From Gammaproteobacteria bacterium (GTDB lineage Bacteria; Pseudomonadota; Gammaproteobacteria; Steroidobacterales; UBA11654), in assembly GCA_963578425.1 (NCBI GenBank), contig CAUZCF010000003.1:1-37241 (forward strand): a stretch of 37,241 nt of DNA. Direction: 5' to 3'. The position numbers and the translations under genes were made by a program. This document shows positions 18,720 to 28,257 of this stretch, piece by piece. Position 1 is the first letter of the stretch. The number at the start of each line of letters is the position of its first letter. Under the pieces are notes generated by a model, which worked only from the letters and a program-made list of their open reading frames with translations, made no database searches and was not told the DNA's origin.

Positions 18720-19688
18720 TTAGCCTCCTTCAGTTAGAAAAGACATCTCTCTAATGATACTTTCAGAAACTAATACAGGTGATTCCTCATGAACATAATG
18801 ACCAGCATCTTTAATCAATTGTAATTTACTATTTTTAAAACCTGTTTTTAGTTGAAGAGCTTCTTCCATTGATTTATTCCGATCCTCAATTCCAAAAACT
18901 ATCAGTGTGGGATTGCTTACTTGATCCATCAACTCAGCCTCATTCGCATCATAAAACTCACCTAACATACTGCTTGTCCCTTCAAGATAGTCTTCTGTCT
19001 TTGATCCCATCATGATCTTATCCATGACCTGCTCATTGACAATTGATGGATTATAATAAGAGCGTTTTAAAAATTGTTCTCTGAATTCTCTATTGGCAAA
19101 CTGTTTTGCTGAAACCCTTGCAAAGGGAAAGATCAAGTTAATATATCTTGCAAACTCAGGCACACCTGTGTTGATAATGCCTGGATTGAATAAAATTAAA
19201 CCTTTGGTTTTTTTGTTATTCATCGCAACATGCAAGCCAATGGCGCCACCTAAAGAATGTCCACCCACTATAAATGAGTCAAGATTTAAAGCATCGGCAA
19301 ATTTTCCAATGGTTTTAGCCTGGTTAGCATTACTGTAGTCATAATCTGTCGGTTTTGCTGATAAGCCAAACCCAAGCAAATCCAAAGCAAAAATATTATA
19401 GTTTGCAGACAGGAGAGGAGTGATTGATCTCCATGAATGTAAATTATTTCCAAATCCGTGAATCAGTATTAGATTTGGACTATGGTCTTCTTCTGTGAGG
19501 TATTGTCTATAGCGAATATCATGGTCACTGACTTTAATAAAAAGATCATCCTTAGTTACCAATTCTTTAATCGGCAGTGCTTCCAAAGGTAGATAGGCAT
19601 ATATGACTAATGCACCGTAGCTAAGAATCACTAAGAACAGAGTGAGCTTTAAAACAATTTTAAATAACATTGTCACTTTTTTATACAT
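18720..19688 (-). CDS. Membrane-anchored alpha/beta hydrolase
   Basis: N-terminal TM; HGFG, DLLGFGLS, GHSLGG, G.ED and AGHY.HEE. Start may be 19670. Confidence 0.9.
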   Translation of the reverse strand: MYKKVTMLFKIVLKLTLFLVILSYGALVIYAYLPLEALPIKELVTKDDLFIKVSDHDIRYRQYLTEEDHSPNLILIHGFGNNLHSWRSITPLLSANYNIFALDLLGFGLSAKPTDYDYSNANQAKTIGKFADALNLDSFIVGGHSLGGAIGLHVAMNNKKTKGLILFNPGIINTGVPEFARYINLIFPFARVSAKQFANREFREQFLKRSYYNPSIVNEQVMDKIMMGSKTEDYLEGTSSMLGEFYDANEAELMDQVSNPTLIVFGIEDRNKSMEEALQLKTGFKNSKLQLIKDAGHYVHEESPVLVSESIIREMSFLTEGG

Positions 19689-19725
19689 TACAAATCTAAA
19701 AAGAAGAAGTTAACGAAATTATATT

Positions 19726-19784
19726 AGAGTAGGTAGTTTATGTATTGCGCTCCCCTTGTGCAATTGAACAAGACTATCTACTCT
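19726..19784 (+). ncRNA. Candidate structured RNA (long hairpin with UCCCCUU loop)
   Basis: AGAGTAGGTAGTTT pairs with AGACTATCTACTCT, TGT with ACA, and ATTGCGC with GTGCAAT. The three non-Watson-Crick positions are all G-U on the + strand. Confidence 0.4.
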
Positions 19785-19833
19785 TCCAAATAAACACCCT
19801 ATAAAACCTTTTGATTGGGGGCTAGTATAAAAT

Positions 19834-20646
19834 TTAAATTGAGACTTTCGGGCGTTCTTTTGGTGCAGTTAATAGTAAAGGCGCTGAAGAAACCACTACG
19901 CCACCAGGTTGTTCCATAGTTATTGCAAAGGCTACTGCTTTAGAGATTTTTAGTTTGGGATTGATGGGTATGATTATCGCTTTATCTGTTCGAGTCACAT
20001 CAAAAACACCGCCATCTACAGGTTGTCCATACTTCAAGGGATCAATAATCCAAATTTGATACTGATTTTTACTTGAATCATTCATAGGTAAGCCTGCTAT
20101 TTGAATAAACCCTTTTTGTTTTTGATCACTCCAGATGATATCACCACTGATTGATTCCAAGTCATTTGACCTTGAGTACCATGGATATTGAATTAAATCT
20201 TCTGCTGTTATTTCCATCACCATTTTTTTCAAAGGAAGATATCTAACATTACTTTCATAACCTTTAAACTCAATCATTGAAAAAGATAAGCCAATAGTCA
20301 TCAGTATTGTTAAGGCCCAAGCGTATTGGGGTTTGTAACTATAAAACAGTGTTCTCATGAAGTTACTTAAATAATCAGATGTGGTTGATTGGCCTAGTTC
20401 TTTTTTATGGCGATAAAGAGTCTTTTTTCTAATATGTTGAGGTAGAGTCTCATTATTGAAATCATCTTCTAGATAGAATCCAACTTGAGCAAGAGCTGTG
20501 GTTTTATGAAAGTAATCAGATGTGTATTCAGGAAAAAGATCTAATAGGCTATTTAATTCCTGTTTCTCCTGTTGTGACAGTTGTTCAGATGCTTCTAAGA
20601 CCAGCAAATCCAATAACCTTTCTAGTTGTATTTGTTCTTTATGCAT
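19834..20646 (-). CDS. Anti-sigma factor, RskA family
   Basis: Single TM; C-terminal YQIWIID, PVDGGVFDV and FAITMEQPGG; overlaps the upstream sigma gene. Confidence 0.85.
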   Translation of the reverse strand: MHKEQIQLERLLDLLVLEASEQLSQQEKQELNSLLDLFPEYTSDYFHKTTALAQVGFYLEDDFNNETLPQHIRKKTLYRHKKELGQSTTSDYLSNFMRTLFYSYKPQYAWALTILMTIGLSFSMIEFKGYESNVRYLPLKKMVMEITAEDLIQYPWYSRSNDLESISGDIIWSDQKQKGFIQIAGLPMNDSSKNQYQIWIIDPLKYGQPVDGGVFDVTRTDKAIIIPINPKLKISKAVAFAITMEQPGGVVVSSAPLLLTAPKERPKVSI

Positions 20647-21265
20647 TTTTTAGATCTAAATTAGTTGCTCGTTGCTTAGTATCAAAAAGGCCTTTAAGTT
20701 TGATTAAGTTTCTTCTGATTCTTGTTTTGACTGTCCCCAGAGGAATATTAAGAAGCTTTGCAATCTCTGAGTGGCTATAACCCTGATACACACTTAAATT
20801 AAGTAATTCTTGGTCTGCTATTTCTAAAGTTCCAATTGCATCTTTAATCAACTGAAGATCAGTGGATTCGTTGAGAATAGATTCTTTAAAAAGTTCTTGC
20901 CCATTATCCTCATCAATTGATTGTAGGTTTCTGTGTTTACTAACTTTCCTTAAATAATCAATAAATCGGCGCCTAGCAATCATGGATATGAAAGTAACTT
21001 CTGAGGCTTTCGTATGATCAAATTTCTCAGCAGCCTTCCAAATTGCAATAAACACCTCTTGCACTGCATCTTCCACGTCTGATTCTTTGTATAGAAATTT
21101 TCTACCAATTGACCACACCAGGTTCCCGTATTTTTCAATCAGTAAATTAAAAGAACGATCCTCACCTTTGGCGATGAGCTTCAGTATTGAATCAGTATTA
21201 TCCGAACTCATTGGTGATAAATATTCTTTTCTTACTTCAGTTATGTTGCCCGCACATTGTGACAT
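20639..21265 (-). CDS. ECF RNA polymerase sigma factor (SigK-like)
   Basis: Region 2 EDAVQEVFIAIWK...ARRRFIDYLR; region 4 GYSHSEIA..L.IPLGTVKTRIRR. AAGGG RBS before ATG 21265 (alternative start 21211). Confidence 0.93.
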   Translation of the reverse strand: MSQCAGNITEVRKEYLSPMSSDNTDSILKLIAKGEDRSFNLLIEKYGNLVWSIGRKFLYKESDVEDAVQEVFIAIWKAAEKFDHTKASEVTFISMIARRRFIDYLRKVSKHRNLQSIDEDNGQELFKESILNESTDLQLIKDAIGTLEIADQELLNLSVYQGYSHSEIAKLLNIPLGTVKTRIRRNLIKLKGLFDTKQRATNLDLKNA

Positions 21266-21300
21266 GGAATAAACCCTTGTGAATCTCTTAGTATTTGTAT

Positions 21301-21326
21301 TTCGTAAAATACTCCTTCTTGGATTC
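21301..21326 (-). promoter_or_regulatory. Putative autoregulatory ECF (SigK-type) promoter GAATCC-N16-CGAA
   Basis: The minus strand reads GAATCC-aagaaggagtatttta-CGAA, ending 35 nt before the sigma ATG. It matches the ATCC-N16-CGAA core of SigK-type promoters. Confidence 0.6.
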
Positions 21327-21340
21327 AGAAAACGTTTAAA

Positions 21341-21745
21341 TTATGGGGCTATCCAGTCTCCTGCAAAATTACAACCAAATTCTACGCCCATAGGGCCCTG
21401 ATTGCTGTCTTGATAGTAGACTTCTTCCCATCCGCCTCTTTCACACGAACCAACGGATTCTTCCCGAGGGCAATCCCCTTCCGAATAGGTAGGCTCAAGA
21501 ATACTGACCATGCCATCACCAACTTCGGGATAGTGCATGCAAAACTCTTCTGAGACATTTGTTCTACAGGCTTTATAAGGCTCACCTGCAAATGGGTTAT
21601 CTGCCATATAAATACAATGGCCGGTTCCATTTGATTTATTAGAGTCACTATCATGATGATTACTTGCTAATAGCGAATTACTGCATAGGCTGCTTAATAC
21701 TAGGCAGGATAAAAGCAAAGTTTTTTGAGTATTCATAAATTTCAT
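21341..21745 (-). CDS. Secreted cysteine-rich hypothetical protein
   Basis: Signal peptide (SLLA/S); six Cys in the mature part; fills the intergenic gap. Start is 21745 or 21736. Confidence 0.75.
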   Translation of the reverse strand: MKFMNTQKTLLLSCLVLSSLCSNSLLASNHHDSDSNKSNGTGHCIYMADNPFAGEPYKACRTNVSEEFCMHYPEVGDGMVSILEPTYSEGDCPREESVGSCERGGWEEVYYQDSNQGPMGVEFGCNFAGDWIAP

Positions 21746-21851
21746 TCCTTTCTTACCATTGTAGAACCTAATTGATGTCTCAACAACAAACAGTTCTATA
21801 TAAACTATATTTTTTATTTACAATAGATAACTCAAGATAAGGAGTAACCCA

Positions 21852-22691
21852 ATGAAGAAATCTCCGATTGCGCAGACAATCTACCTCATTTTTTTTAGTT
21901 TTCTAATGAGTATTTTTTCAACTGTTGAAGCAGATCATAATCATATAAAAGTATATGACCAAGGCAAACCCACTGTTTTTATTACAGGTTCAAATCGAGG
22001 TATTGGTTTAGCTTTAGTAAGAAACTATGCCATTAAAGGATGGAATATAATAGCAACATGCCGTAGCCCTGAACGTGCTAATGACTTGAATAAACTACTG
22101 GGCGATTATCCTAACATCTCAATTGAGAAATTAGATGTAACTGATTTAGATGAAATAGAGTCTTTAGCGAGAAAATATGAAGGCGTTGCTATAGATGTTC
22201 TTATAAACAATGCAGGTATTCTTGGTGATGTTGAAGCTCAAACATTTGGTTCTTTGAGTCAGTCAACTTTTGAGAAAGTTATGGCAGTAAATGCTTATGG
22301 GCCCTTAAAGGTCGCTGAAGCATTTTCTGACAATGTTGCACTTAGCAAGCAAAAAAAAATAGTGTCAATGACCAGCGGTTTAGGATCTATGCAGATTACA
22401 GGCAACACAGATCGTTTTTATTTCTATAGGATGAGTAAGGCAGCATTGAATATGGGGGTGATAGCAATGAATGTTAGTTTGAAATCAAAAGGAGTCATGT
22501 CGGCACTTATTGCTCCTGGGATGGTTGATACGCAACTATTAGACGAGTCAGGTTATGCAGGTCCTGGAGTGATAACCACAGATGACAGTGCAATTGGCTT
22601 GATAGAAGTGATTGAAGAAATTTCACCTCAAACAATCAGGAAAAATAGGGGTAAAGCAACCAATTACAACAAGGGTATCATTCCTTGGTAA
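21852..22691 (+). CDS. Short-chain dehydrogenase/reductase, CsgA/C-factor-like, with N-terminal signal-like extension
   Basis: TGSNRGIG, NNAG, YRMSK and PG.V.T; strong RBS TAAGGAG. Confidence 0.9.
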   Translation: MKKSPIAQTIYLIFFSFLMSIFSTVEADHNHIKVYDQGKPTVFITGSNRGIGLALVRNYAIKGWNIIATCRSPERANDLNKLLGDYPNISIEKLDVTDLDEIESLARKYEGVAIDVLINNAGILGDVEAQTFGSLSQSTFEKVMAVNAYGPLKVAEAFSDNVALSKQKKIVSMTSGLGSMQITGNTDRFYFYRMSKAALNMGVIAMNVSLKSKGVMSALIAPGMVDTQLLDESGYAGPGVITTDDSAIGLIEVIEEISPQTIRKNRGKATNYNKGIIPW

Positions 22692-22712
22692 TGATTACGG
22701 ATTGATAGATTT

Positions 22713-23498
22713 ATGTTGGTTTATCCAGAAATTGATCCTATAGCAATTCAGATTGGTCCAGTTTCAATTGCTTGGTACGGAATTATGTATCTGCTGGGTT
22801 TTGTTGCAGCATTCAGGTTAGCGAGAATAAGAGTTAAACAAGATTGGTCCCCACTATCCAAGGAACACATTGATGATCTAATTTTTTATGCTGTTATAGG
22901 CGTGATTCTAGGCGGTAGACTTGGCTATATGCTTTTTTATGACACCATGCATTTAATGAGTAATCCTTGGTCATGGTTAATAGCATTACCGCAATTATGG
23001 AATGGAGGGATGTCCTTTCATGGGGGGTTATTAGGGGGATTGTGTGCGGTATTCATAATATCAAAACGGGTTCAGCGATCGTTTGTTTCAGTTATTGATT
23101 TTGCAGCACCCTTGGTTCCTATAGGTCTTGGGTTAGGGAGGATAGGTAATTTTATTAATGGCGAACTATGGGGAAGGCCAACAGATTCTGTTGTTGGTTT
23201 TTTAGTACAAGGAACACAAAGACATGCAACACAACTCTATGAAGCCACTCTAGAAGGACTATTGTTGTTTATTATTTTATGGCTATACACTAAGAAAAAA
23301 AGACCCAGTGGTTTTCCCGCCGCTGTGTTCTTAATAACATATGGGTGTTTTAGAATTTTTATTGAATTCTTTAGATTACCTGATGCGCATATTGGCTATT
23401 TATATGGGGAGTGGCTAACCTTGGGCCACTTACTTACAATTCCAATGATGATATTTGGTTTTTGCATTATTATTGCAAACAAACTAAGGGTAAAATAA
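22713..23498 (+). CDS. lgt: Prolipoprotein diacylglyceryl transferase
   Basis: [33 protein letters not shown] and RH.TQLYE. Confidence 0.97.
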   Translation: MLVYPEIDPIAIQIGPVSIAWYGIMYLLGFVAAFRLARIRVKQDWSPLSKEHIDDLIFYAVIGVILGGRLGYMLFYDTMHLMSNPWSWLIALPQLWNGGMSFHGGLLGGLCAVFIISKRVQRSFVSVIDFAAPLVPIGLGLGRIGNFINGELWGRPTDSVVGFLVQGTQRHATQLYEATLEGLLLFIILWLYTKKKRPSGFPAAVFLITYGCFRIFIEFFRLPDAHIGYLYGEWLTLGHLLTIPMMIFGFCIIIANKLRVK

Positions 23499-23532
23499 AT
23501 ATTTATTTTTTCTAATTGATAAGGAGCTGTTC

Positions 23533-24369
23533 GTGCAACAATATTTGGATTTACTTCAGAAGATACTCGACGAAGGGCAGGTAAAAGAGGATAGAACTGG
23601 CACAGGCACACGCAGTTTTTTTGGTCATCAAATGCGATTTAATCTTAATGATGGCTTCCCTATATTGACGACAAAGAAAATTTTTTTTAAAGGGGTGGTC
23701 TACGAACTACTCTGGTTTCTAGACGGTTCGACAGACAACAAGAAACTTAAAGATAATGGCGTACACATTTGGGATGAATGGGAAGATGAATCTGGCGATC
23801 TAGGCCCAATATATGGTTACCAGTGGAGACACTGGCCAGACCATAATATGGGGAAGCCTATTGATCAAATTGAGAATGTAGTTGATCAATTGAAGAATAA
23901 TCCAAGCTCAAGAAGAATTATTGTCAGTGCCTGGAATGTTGCTGATTTACCGGATGAGAAAATTTCACCCCAAGACAATGTAATGAATCACAAAATGGCA
24001 CTAGCACCGTGCCATGCTTTTTTTCAGTTTTTTGTTTCTCAAGGTGCGTTATCTTGTCAACTCTATCAAAGGAGTTGTGACACATTTTTAGGGCTGGGTT
24101 TTAATATAGCATCCTATAGTTTATTGACTCACATGTTGGCACAACAGTGTGACCTAAAATTAGGCGAATTTATTTGGACTGGTGGGGATGTACATTTGTA
24201 TCTTAACCATTTAGAGCAAGCTAAGGAACAGCTTGCAAGGACTCCGTATAGCTTGCCTCAATTAATGATAAAGACGAAGCCAGATTCAATTTTCGATTAT
24301 GCCTATGATGATTTTGAGTTAACTAACTATGAGTATCATCCACATATTCCAGCAGCTATATCAATTTAA
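23533..24369 (+). CDS. thyA: Thymidylate synthase
   Basis: DRTGTGT, ELLWFL, LGPIYG.QWR, SRR..VSAWN, LAPCH and YQRSCD.FLG; GTG start with TAAGGAG RBS. Confidence 0.97.
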   Translation: MQQYLDLLQKILDEGQVKEDRTGTGTRSFFGHQMRFNLNDGFPILTTKKIFFKGVVYELLWFLDGSTDNKKLKDNGVHIWDEWEDESGDLGPIYGYQWRHWPDHNMGKPIDQIENVVDQLKNNPSSRRIIVSAWNVADLPDEKISPQDNVMNHKMALAPCHAFFQFFVSQGALSCQLYQRSCDTFLGLGFNIASYSLLTHMLAQQCDLKLGEFIWTGGDVHLYLNHLEQAKEQLARTPYSLPQLMIKTKPDSIFDYAYDDFELTNYEYHPHIPAAISI

Positions 24370-25168
24370 GGCTATCAACTTTAATTGGTAAATTAGGTTT
24401 ACTAAGATCAATAGCTATTAGTTGACCACCCCAGACACAGCCTCCATCTAGGCAAACAACCCCTTGATCATGCAAGTAATTAACTGTGGACCAATGACCA
24501 AAGACTATAAGATTTTTATTAATTTTTCTTTCTGGATATGCATACCAAGGTATCAAGTGATTGACCTTATCGGGTGAGTTTTTTTGTTTAAAATCACATA
24601 TACCATCGTCAGTTAAATATCTCATTCTAGTAAAAGTATTTACGATAGCATTATGTCGCTGAGTATCTTCAAGTCCTTTTTTCCATGATTCATTGGTGTA
24701 CATCTTACTAAAAAAATCATCAGCCTGATGCACACTGATGATAGTTTCTATCTCATGAGCATAAGCTTGCGCTTGATTAATGTTCCAATGAGGGTGGATG
24801 CCTGCATGAACTACAATTATATTCGTCTCTTTATCAATGTGGAGCAAGGGTTGATGGCGTAGCCATTCAATAAGGTTGATTTTATTTGAAGACTCTAATA
24901 TAGGTTTTAGTGTTTCATCTTTTGTTTTAATGTTCCCGTTTTTTAAAGTTAGAGCAATGAGATGAAAATCATGGTTGCCCAGCACATTAATAACTGATTC
25001 ATTGATTGAATAAAGATATTCCAAGACTTTTAACGAATCCGGACCTCTGTTAACAAGGTCTCCAGTAAAAATAAGATTATCAGTAGTAGTATTAAAATTA
25101 ATTTTTTCGAGTAATAAGATGAGCTCATCGAAGCAACCCTGAACATCACCAATGGCGTAGGTACTCAT
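24356..25168 (-). CDS. apaH: Symmetrical bis(5'-nucleosyl)-tetraphosphatase
   Basis: [31 protein letters not shown] and LD.GCVWGG. Confidence 0.95.
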   Translation of the reverse strand: MSTYAIGDVQGCFDELILLLEKINFNTTTDNLIFTGDLVNRGPDSLKVLEYLYSINESVINVLGNHDFHLIALTLKNGNIKTKDETLKPILESSNKINLIEWLRHQPLLHIDKETNIIVVHAGIHPHWNINQAQAYAHEIETIISVHQADDFFSKMYTNESWKKGLEDTQRHNAIVNTFTRMRYLTDDGICDFKQKNSPDKVNHLIPWYAYPERKINKNLIVFGHWSTVNYLHDQGVVCLDGGCVWGGQLIAIDLSKPNLPIKVDSLKLI

Positions 25169-25948
25169 TCACTTACTCCTGGCTTTTGATAAGCTTAAAA
25201 AATCATCAACAGTCAAGTTTTCAGGTCTGTTTTCAGGGTTTATGTTTGCTTTTTTAATTTGATCGATTGTCAATAGGCCTTTTAAGGAGTTAGTTATCTT
25301 TTTCCTACGTTGGTTAAAAGCAGCAATGAGGATTTGGTTAAGCTCAATATTAATTTGATCTTCAAGTGGTGCTTTTGGTGTAAGTTTAATGATAGAAGAC
25401 ATTACTTTTGGGGCTGGGTAAAAGGCATTTGGCTTTATATCAAAAAACTTTTCAACATTACAACGTGCCTGAATTGCAACTGATAGCCGCCCATATATTT
25501 TTGAATTAGGCTGGCTCACTACTCGTTCTGCTACTTCCTTTTGAAGCATTAGATGTATGTCAGAAAAATACTGATTATATTTGATGATATGAAAAATTAA
25601 AGGTGTCGAAATATGATAGGGTAAGTTGCCAACCAGTCTCATTTTTTTATTCTTATAGCTTGAGCTAAAGTTATATTTCAGAGCATCTGTCTGATGTAAT
25701 AAAATTTTTTCAGAACGCTGGCCTTCAATCATTAATTTTGCTAAATCTCTATCTATTTCAATAACTTCTATGAAGTTAATTTTGTCTAATAAGGCATAGG
25801 TTAAAGCTCCATGACCCGGTCCAATTTCAAGAATATGGTCATTAAGTTTTGGACTGATGACGTTAATAATTTTGTTGATAATATTCTTGTCATGCAAGAA
25901 ATTTTGACTGAATCGTTTACGCGCGTTAGTTATTTTTACTTCTGGCAT
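25169..25948 (-). CDS. rsmA: 16S rRNA m6,2A1518/1519 dimethyltransferase
   Basis: ARKRFSQNFL, EIGPG.GALT, NLPY.ISTP, MLQKEVA.R and YGRLS. Start placed at ATG 25948. Confidence 0.95.
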   Translation of the reverse strand: MPEVKITNARKRFSQNFLHDKNIINKIINVISPKLNDHILEIGPGHGALTYALLDKINFIEVIEIDRDLAKLMIEGQRSEKILLHQTDALKYNFSSSYKNKKMRLVGNLPYHISTPLIFHIIKYNQYFSDIHLMLQKEVAERVVSQPNSKIYGRLSVAIQARCNVEKFFDIKPNAFYPAPKVMSSIIKLTPKAPLEDQINIELNQILIAAFNQRRKKITNSLKGLLTIDQIKKANINPENRPENLTVDDFLSLSKARSK

Positions 25949-26915
25949 AACGAGCTGACATTTCTTTTGCTGTATCCAACGCAAAATTTAGACTTTGGTT
26001 ATTTGTGTTTTTTCTTCCAGCTTGTTCAAGGGCAATTCCATGATCCACTGAGGTTCTAATAATACCAAGTCCCATGGTGACATTAGCAGCGAGATGTGGG
26101 TAAGAATACTTAAACAGAGGTAGGATTTGATCATGAAAAAGACTAACAATGATATCCATATCATTGTTTTGTAATAGAGCGGTGTCAGCAGCATAGGGAC
26201 CAAATATATTTAAACCCTTATTACGCATTGTTTCAATTACTGGAATTATAGTTTGTATTTCTTCACTGCCAAGTAACCCATTTTCTCCTGCATGTGGATT
26301 AAGCCCTAAAATAGCAATACGAGGCTCTGATATACCAAAATACTGATTAAGGTCGAAGGAAATAATATCACAAATATTCATAAGCAAATCTTGAGTAATT
26401 AGTGAAGGTACTTCCTGCAAGCTAACATGAGTTGTTGCTAATGCCAGTTTCATATCATCTGATATAAAGGACATCACGGGTGATGTTTTACACAAATTAC
26501 CAATATATTCAGTATGACCTTTGAAATTAAAACCACTGTTTGCAATTACTTCCTTACTAACAGGACCCGTGATAAAACCAGAAAAATCACCTCTAAGACA
26601 GCCTTGAGTGGCTTGTTTTATCATTTCAAGCACATACGGGCTATTAGCTTCATTTAAATAACTGCACTGGACTTCTTCAGTGAGACTAAAATCTTGAACC
26701 AGTAATTGATTTTTCTCTAAGATGATTGGTTGTGATTGAGGCTCATAGTCTATAAATGACAACTGTATATCCAGAACCCGAGCTCTCTCTTTGAGTAAGT
26801 TCACATTACCAAACACAACAAAATCAGAGGCATCATCTCGGCACGCAATTGAGAGAGAGATATCAGGACCAATTCCAGCTGGTTCCCCCGTGGTCACAAC
26901 AAAAGGTTTGTTCAT
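25926..26915 (-). CDS. pdxA: 4-hydroxythreonine-4-phosphate dehydrogenase
   Basis: GEPAGIGP, GHTE, NPHAGE, HDQ and RTSVDHG. Confidence 0.95.
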   Translation of the reverse strand: MNKPFVVTTGEPAGIGPDISLSIACRDDASDFVVFGNVNLLKERARVLDIQLSFIDYEPQSQPIILEKNQLLVQDFSLTEEVQCSYLNEANSPYVLEMIKQATQGCLRGDFSGFITGPVSKEVIANSGFNFKGHTEYIGNLCKTSPVMSFISDDMKLALATTHVSLQEVPSLITQDLLMNICDIISFDLNQYFGISEPRIAILGLNPHAGENGLLGSEEIQTIIPVIETMRNKGLNIFGPYAADTALLQNNDMDIIVSLFHDQILPLFKYSYPHLAANVTMGLGIIRTSVDHGIALEQAGRKNTNNQSLNFALDTAKEMSARYARSKNN

Positions 26916-26936
26916 TTTTGAAAAATCAATTTGAAA

Positions 26937-28244
26937 TTAGTTATAGGGTAGTTTTTCAACAAATGCTTCATCACGAAGCTCGCGTGCCCAAATTTCTATT
27001 TCACTGGATAGTTTTGAGTTTCGAATAGCAGTGACCGCCTTTCTTCTTTGAATTTCTTCGGTGTTATCAAAAATTCTTTTACCCAAGTATTCTATGATAT
27101 GCCAACCATAGCGTGAACGAAATGGTGGACTAATTTCATTCTCTTCTAATGAGTAAGCAACTTCTTCAAATTCAGGCACAAAGAAACCACGAGCTGCCCA
27201 TCCCATATCACCTCCATCTTGAGCAGAGCCAATATCTTCAGACACAGCAGCAGCAACGGCGCCAAAATTACCTTCATTAATAATTTGTTGTTGGATAGTT
27301 TTTAATTTTTCTTCGGCAGCTGAATCATCCAGCACTTCATTGGTCTTAATTAAAATATGGCGAACTTTAATTTGTTCTTGCAAAATTGGTTCATTACCTT
27401 TTATTTCATTTAATTTAATTAGATGAAAGCCGCTAGAAGTTTGAAATGGGAAGCTTAATTCTCCATTTTTTAATTCGCTTGCTACTTTTACAAAAATATC
27501 AGGTAATTGTTCGCCTTTCATCCAACCTAACTGACCACCAGACAATACTTGTTGGCCTTGAGAGAATTCTGTTGCTGCTTCCTCAAAACTCTTGCCACCA
27601 ATAATATCTTCATACAGTTCATTAATAAAATCTTGCTTGTTATTAACTTCACCTTCTCCAGCGTTTGAGCTTACGGGTATTAGAATATGTGATAAATTAT
27701 ATTCATAATTCAGCCTGTCTTGATCTTTTTGGAAGACCAAAAAATTTTCTAATTCGCTCTCAGAAACCGCTATTCTTGAGATTACATCTCTTTGACGAAG
27801 TTGTTCAATTGTTATTTGCTGTCTTAATTCACTGCGATAGTCGTTATAATTAATACCTTCTTTCTCTAGCATTTTTGGAAATTCTTCAAAGCTAACATCG
27901 TTGTTTCTAGCCACATTAGCTATAGCAGCATTTAAGGCTTCATCTGAGACTCTGATCCCATATCTATCAGCCTTTTGTAGCTGAATCCTTTGAACAATTA
28001 ATCGTTCTAACACTCCTTCTCTAATAGTATTAACAGGCGGGATTTGGCTTCCTTGTTGTTCTAAATTAGCCATAATCAACTGAAATTGTATTTCAACCTC
28101 ACTTCTTAATACAACTCCATCATTCACAATTGCAGCAATACTATCCATAAACTCACCTGTTCCCCCAAGGTCTCTGGTTTGAGGAACAGCAAGAGATGAC
28201 ATCAGCATCAGGCTACAAGCTATAATTTTTAGATTTCTTTTCAT
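26937..28244 (-). CDS. surA: Periplasmic chaperone/PPIase SurA
   Basis: Signal peptide from ATG 28244; AAIVND.V, two parvulin domains (HILI, GG.LGW, GFHLIK, GWHII); located between lptD and pdxA. Confidence 0.94.
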   Translation of the reverse strand: MKRNLKIIACSLMLMSSLAVPQTRDLGGTGEFMDSIAAIVNDGVVLRSEVEIQFQLIMANLEQQGSQIPPVNTIREGVLERLIVQRIQLQKADRYGIRVSDEALNAAIANVARNNDVSFEEFPKMLEKEGINYNDYRSELRQQITIEQLRQRDVISRIAVSESELENFLVFQKDQDRLNYEYNLSHILIPVSSNAGEGEVNNKQDFINELYEDIIGGKSFEEAATEFSQGQQVLSGGQLGWMKGEQLPDIFVKVASELKNGELSFPFQTSSGFHLIKLNEIKGNEPILQEQIKVRHILIKTNEVLDDSAAEEKLKTIQQQIINEGNFGAVAAAVSEDIGSAQDGGDMGWAARGFFVPEFEEVAYSLEENEISPPFRSRYGWHIIEYLGKRIFDNTEEIQRRKAVTAIRNSKLSSEIEIWARELRDEAFVEKLPYN

Positions 28245-28257
28245 ATGACCCTTAAAT

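Noticed and set aside
19726-19784. Interpretation of the hairpin as an intrinsic terminator, tRNA, SRP RNA or retron ncRNA
   Set aside because: No U-tract, cloverleaf or SRP loop motif, and no reverse transcriptase in the window.
21760-21800. TAGAAC...GTTCTA inverted repeat and a sigmaE-like GAACTG-N15-TCAA upstream of the Cys-rich gene
   Set aside because: Short, with off-consensus spacing in AT-rich DNA; not distinguishable from chance by eye.
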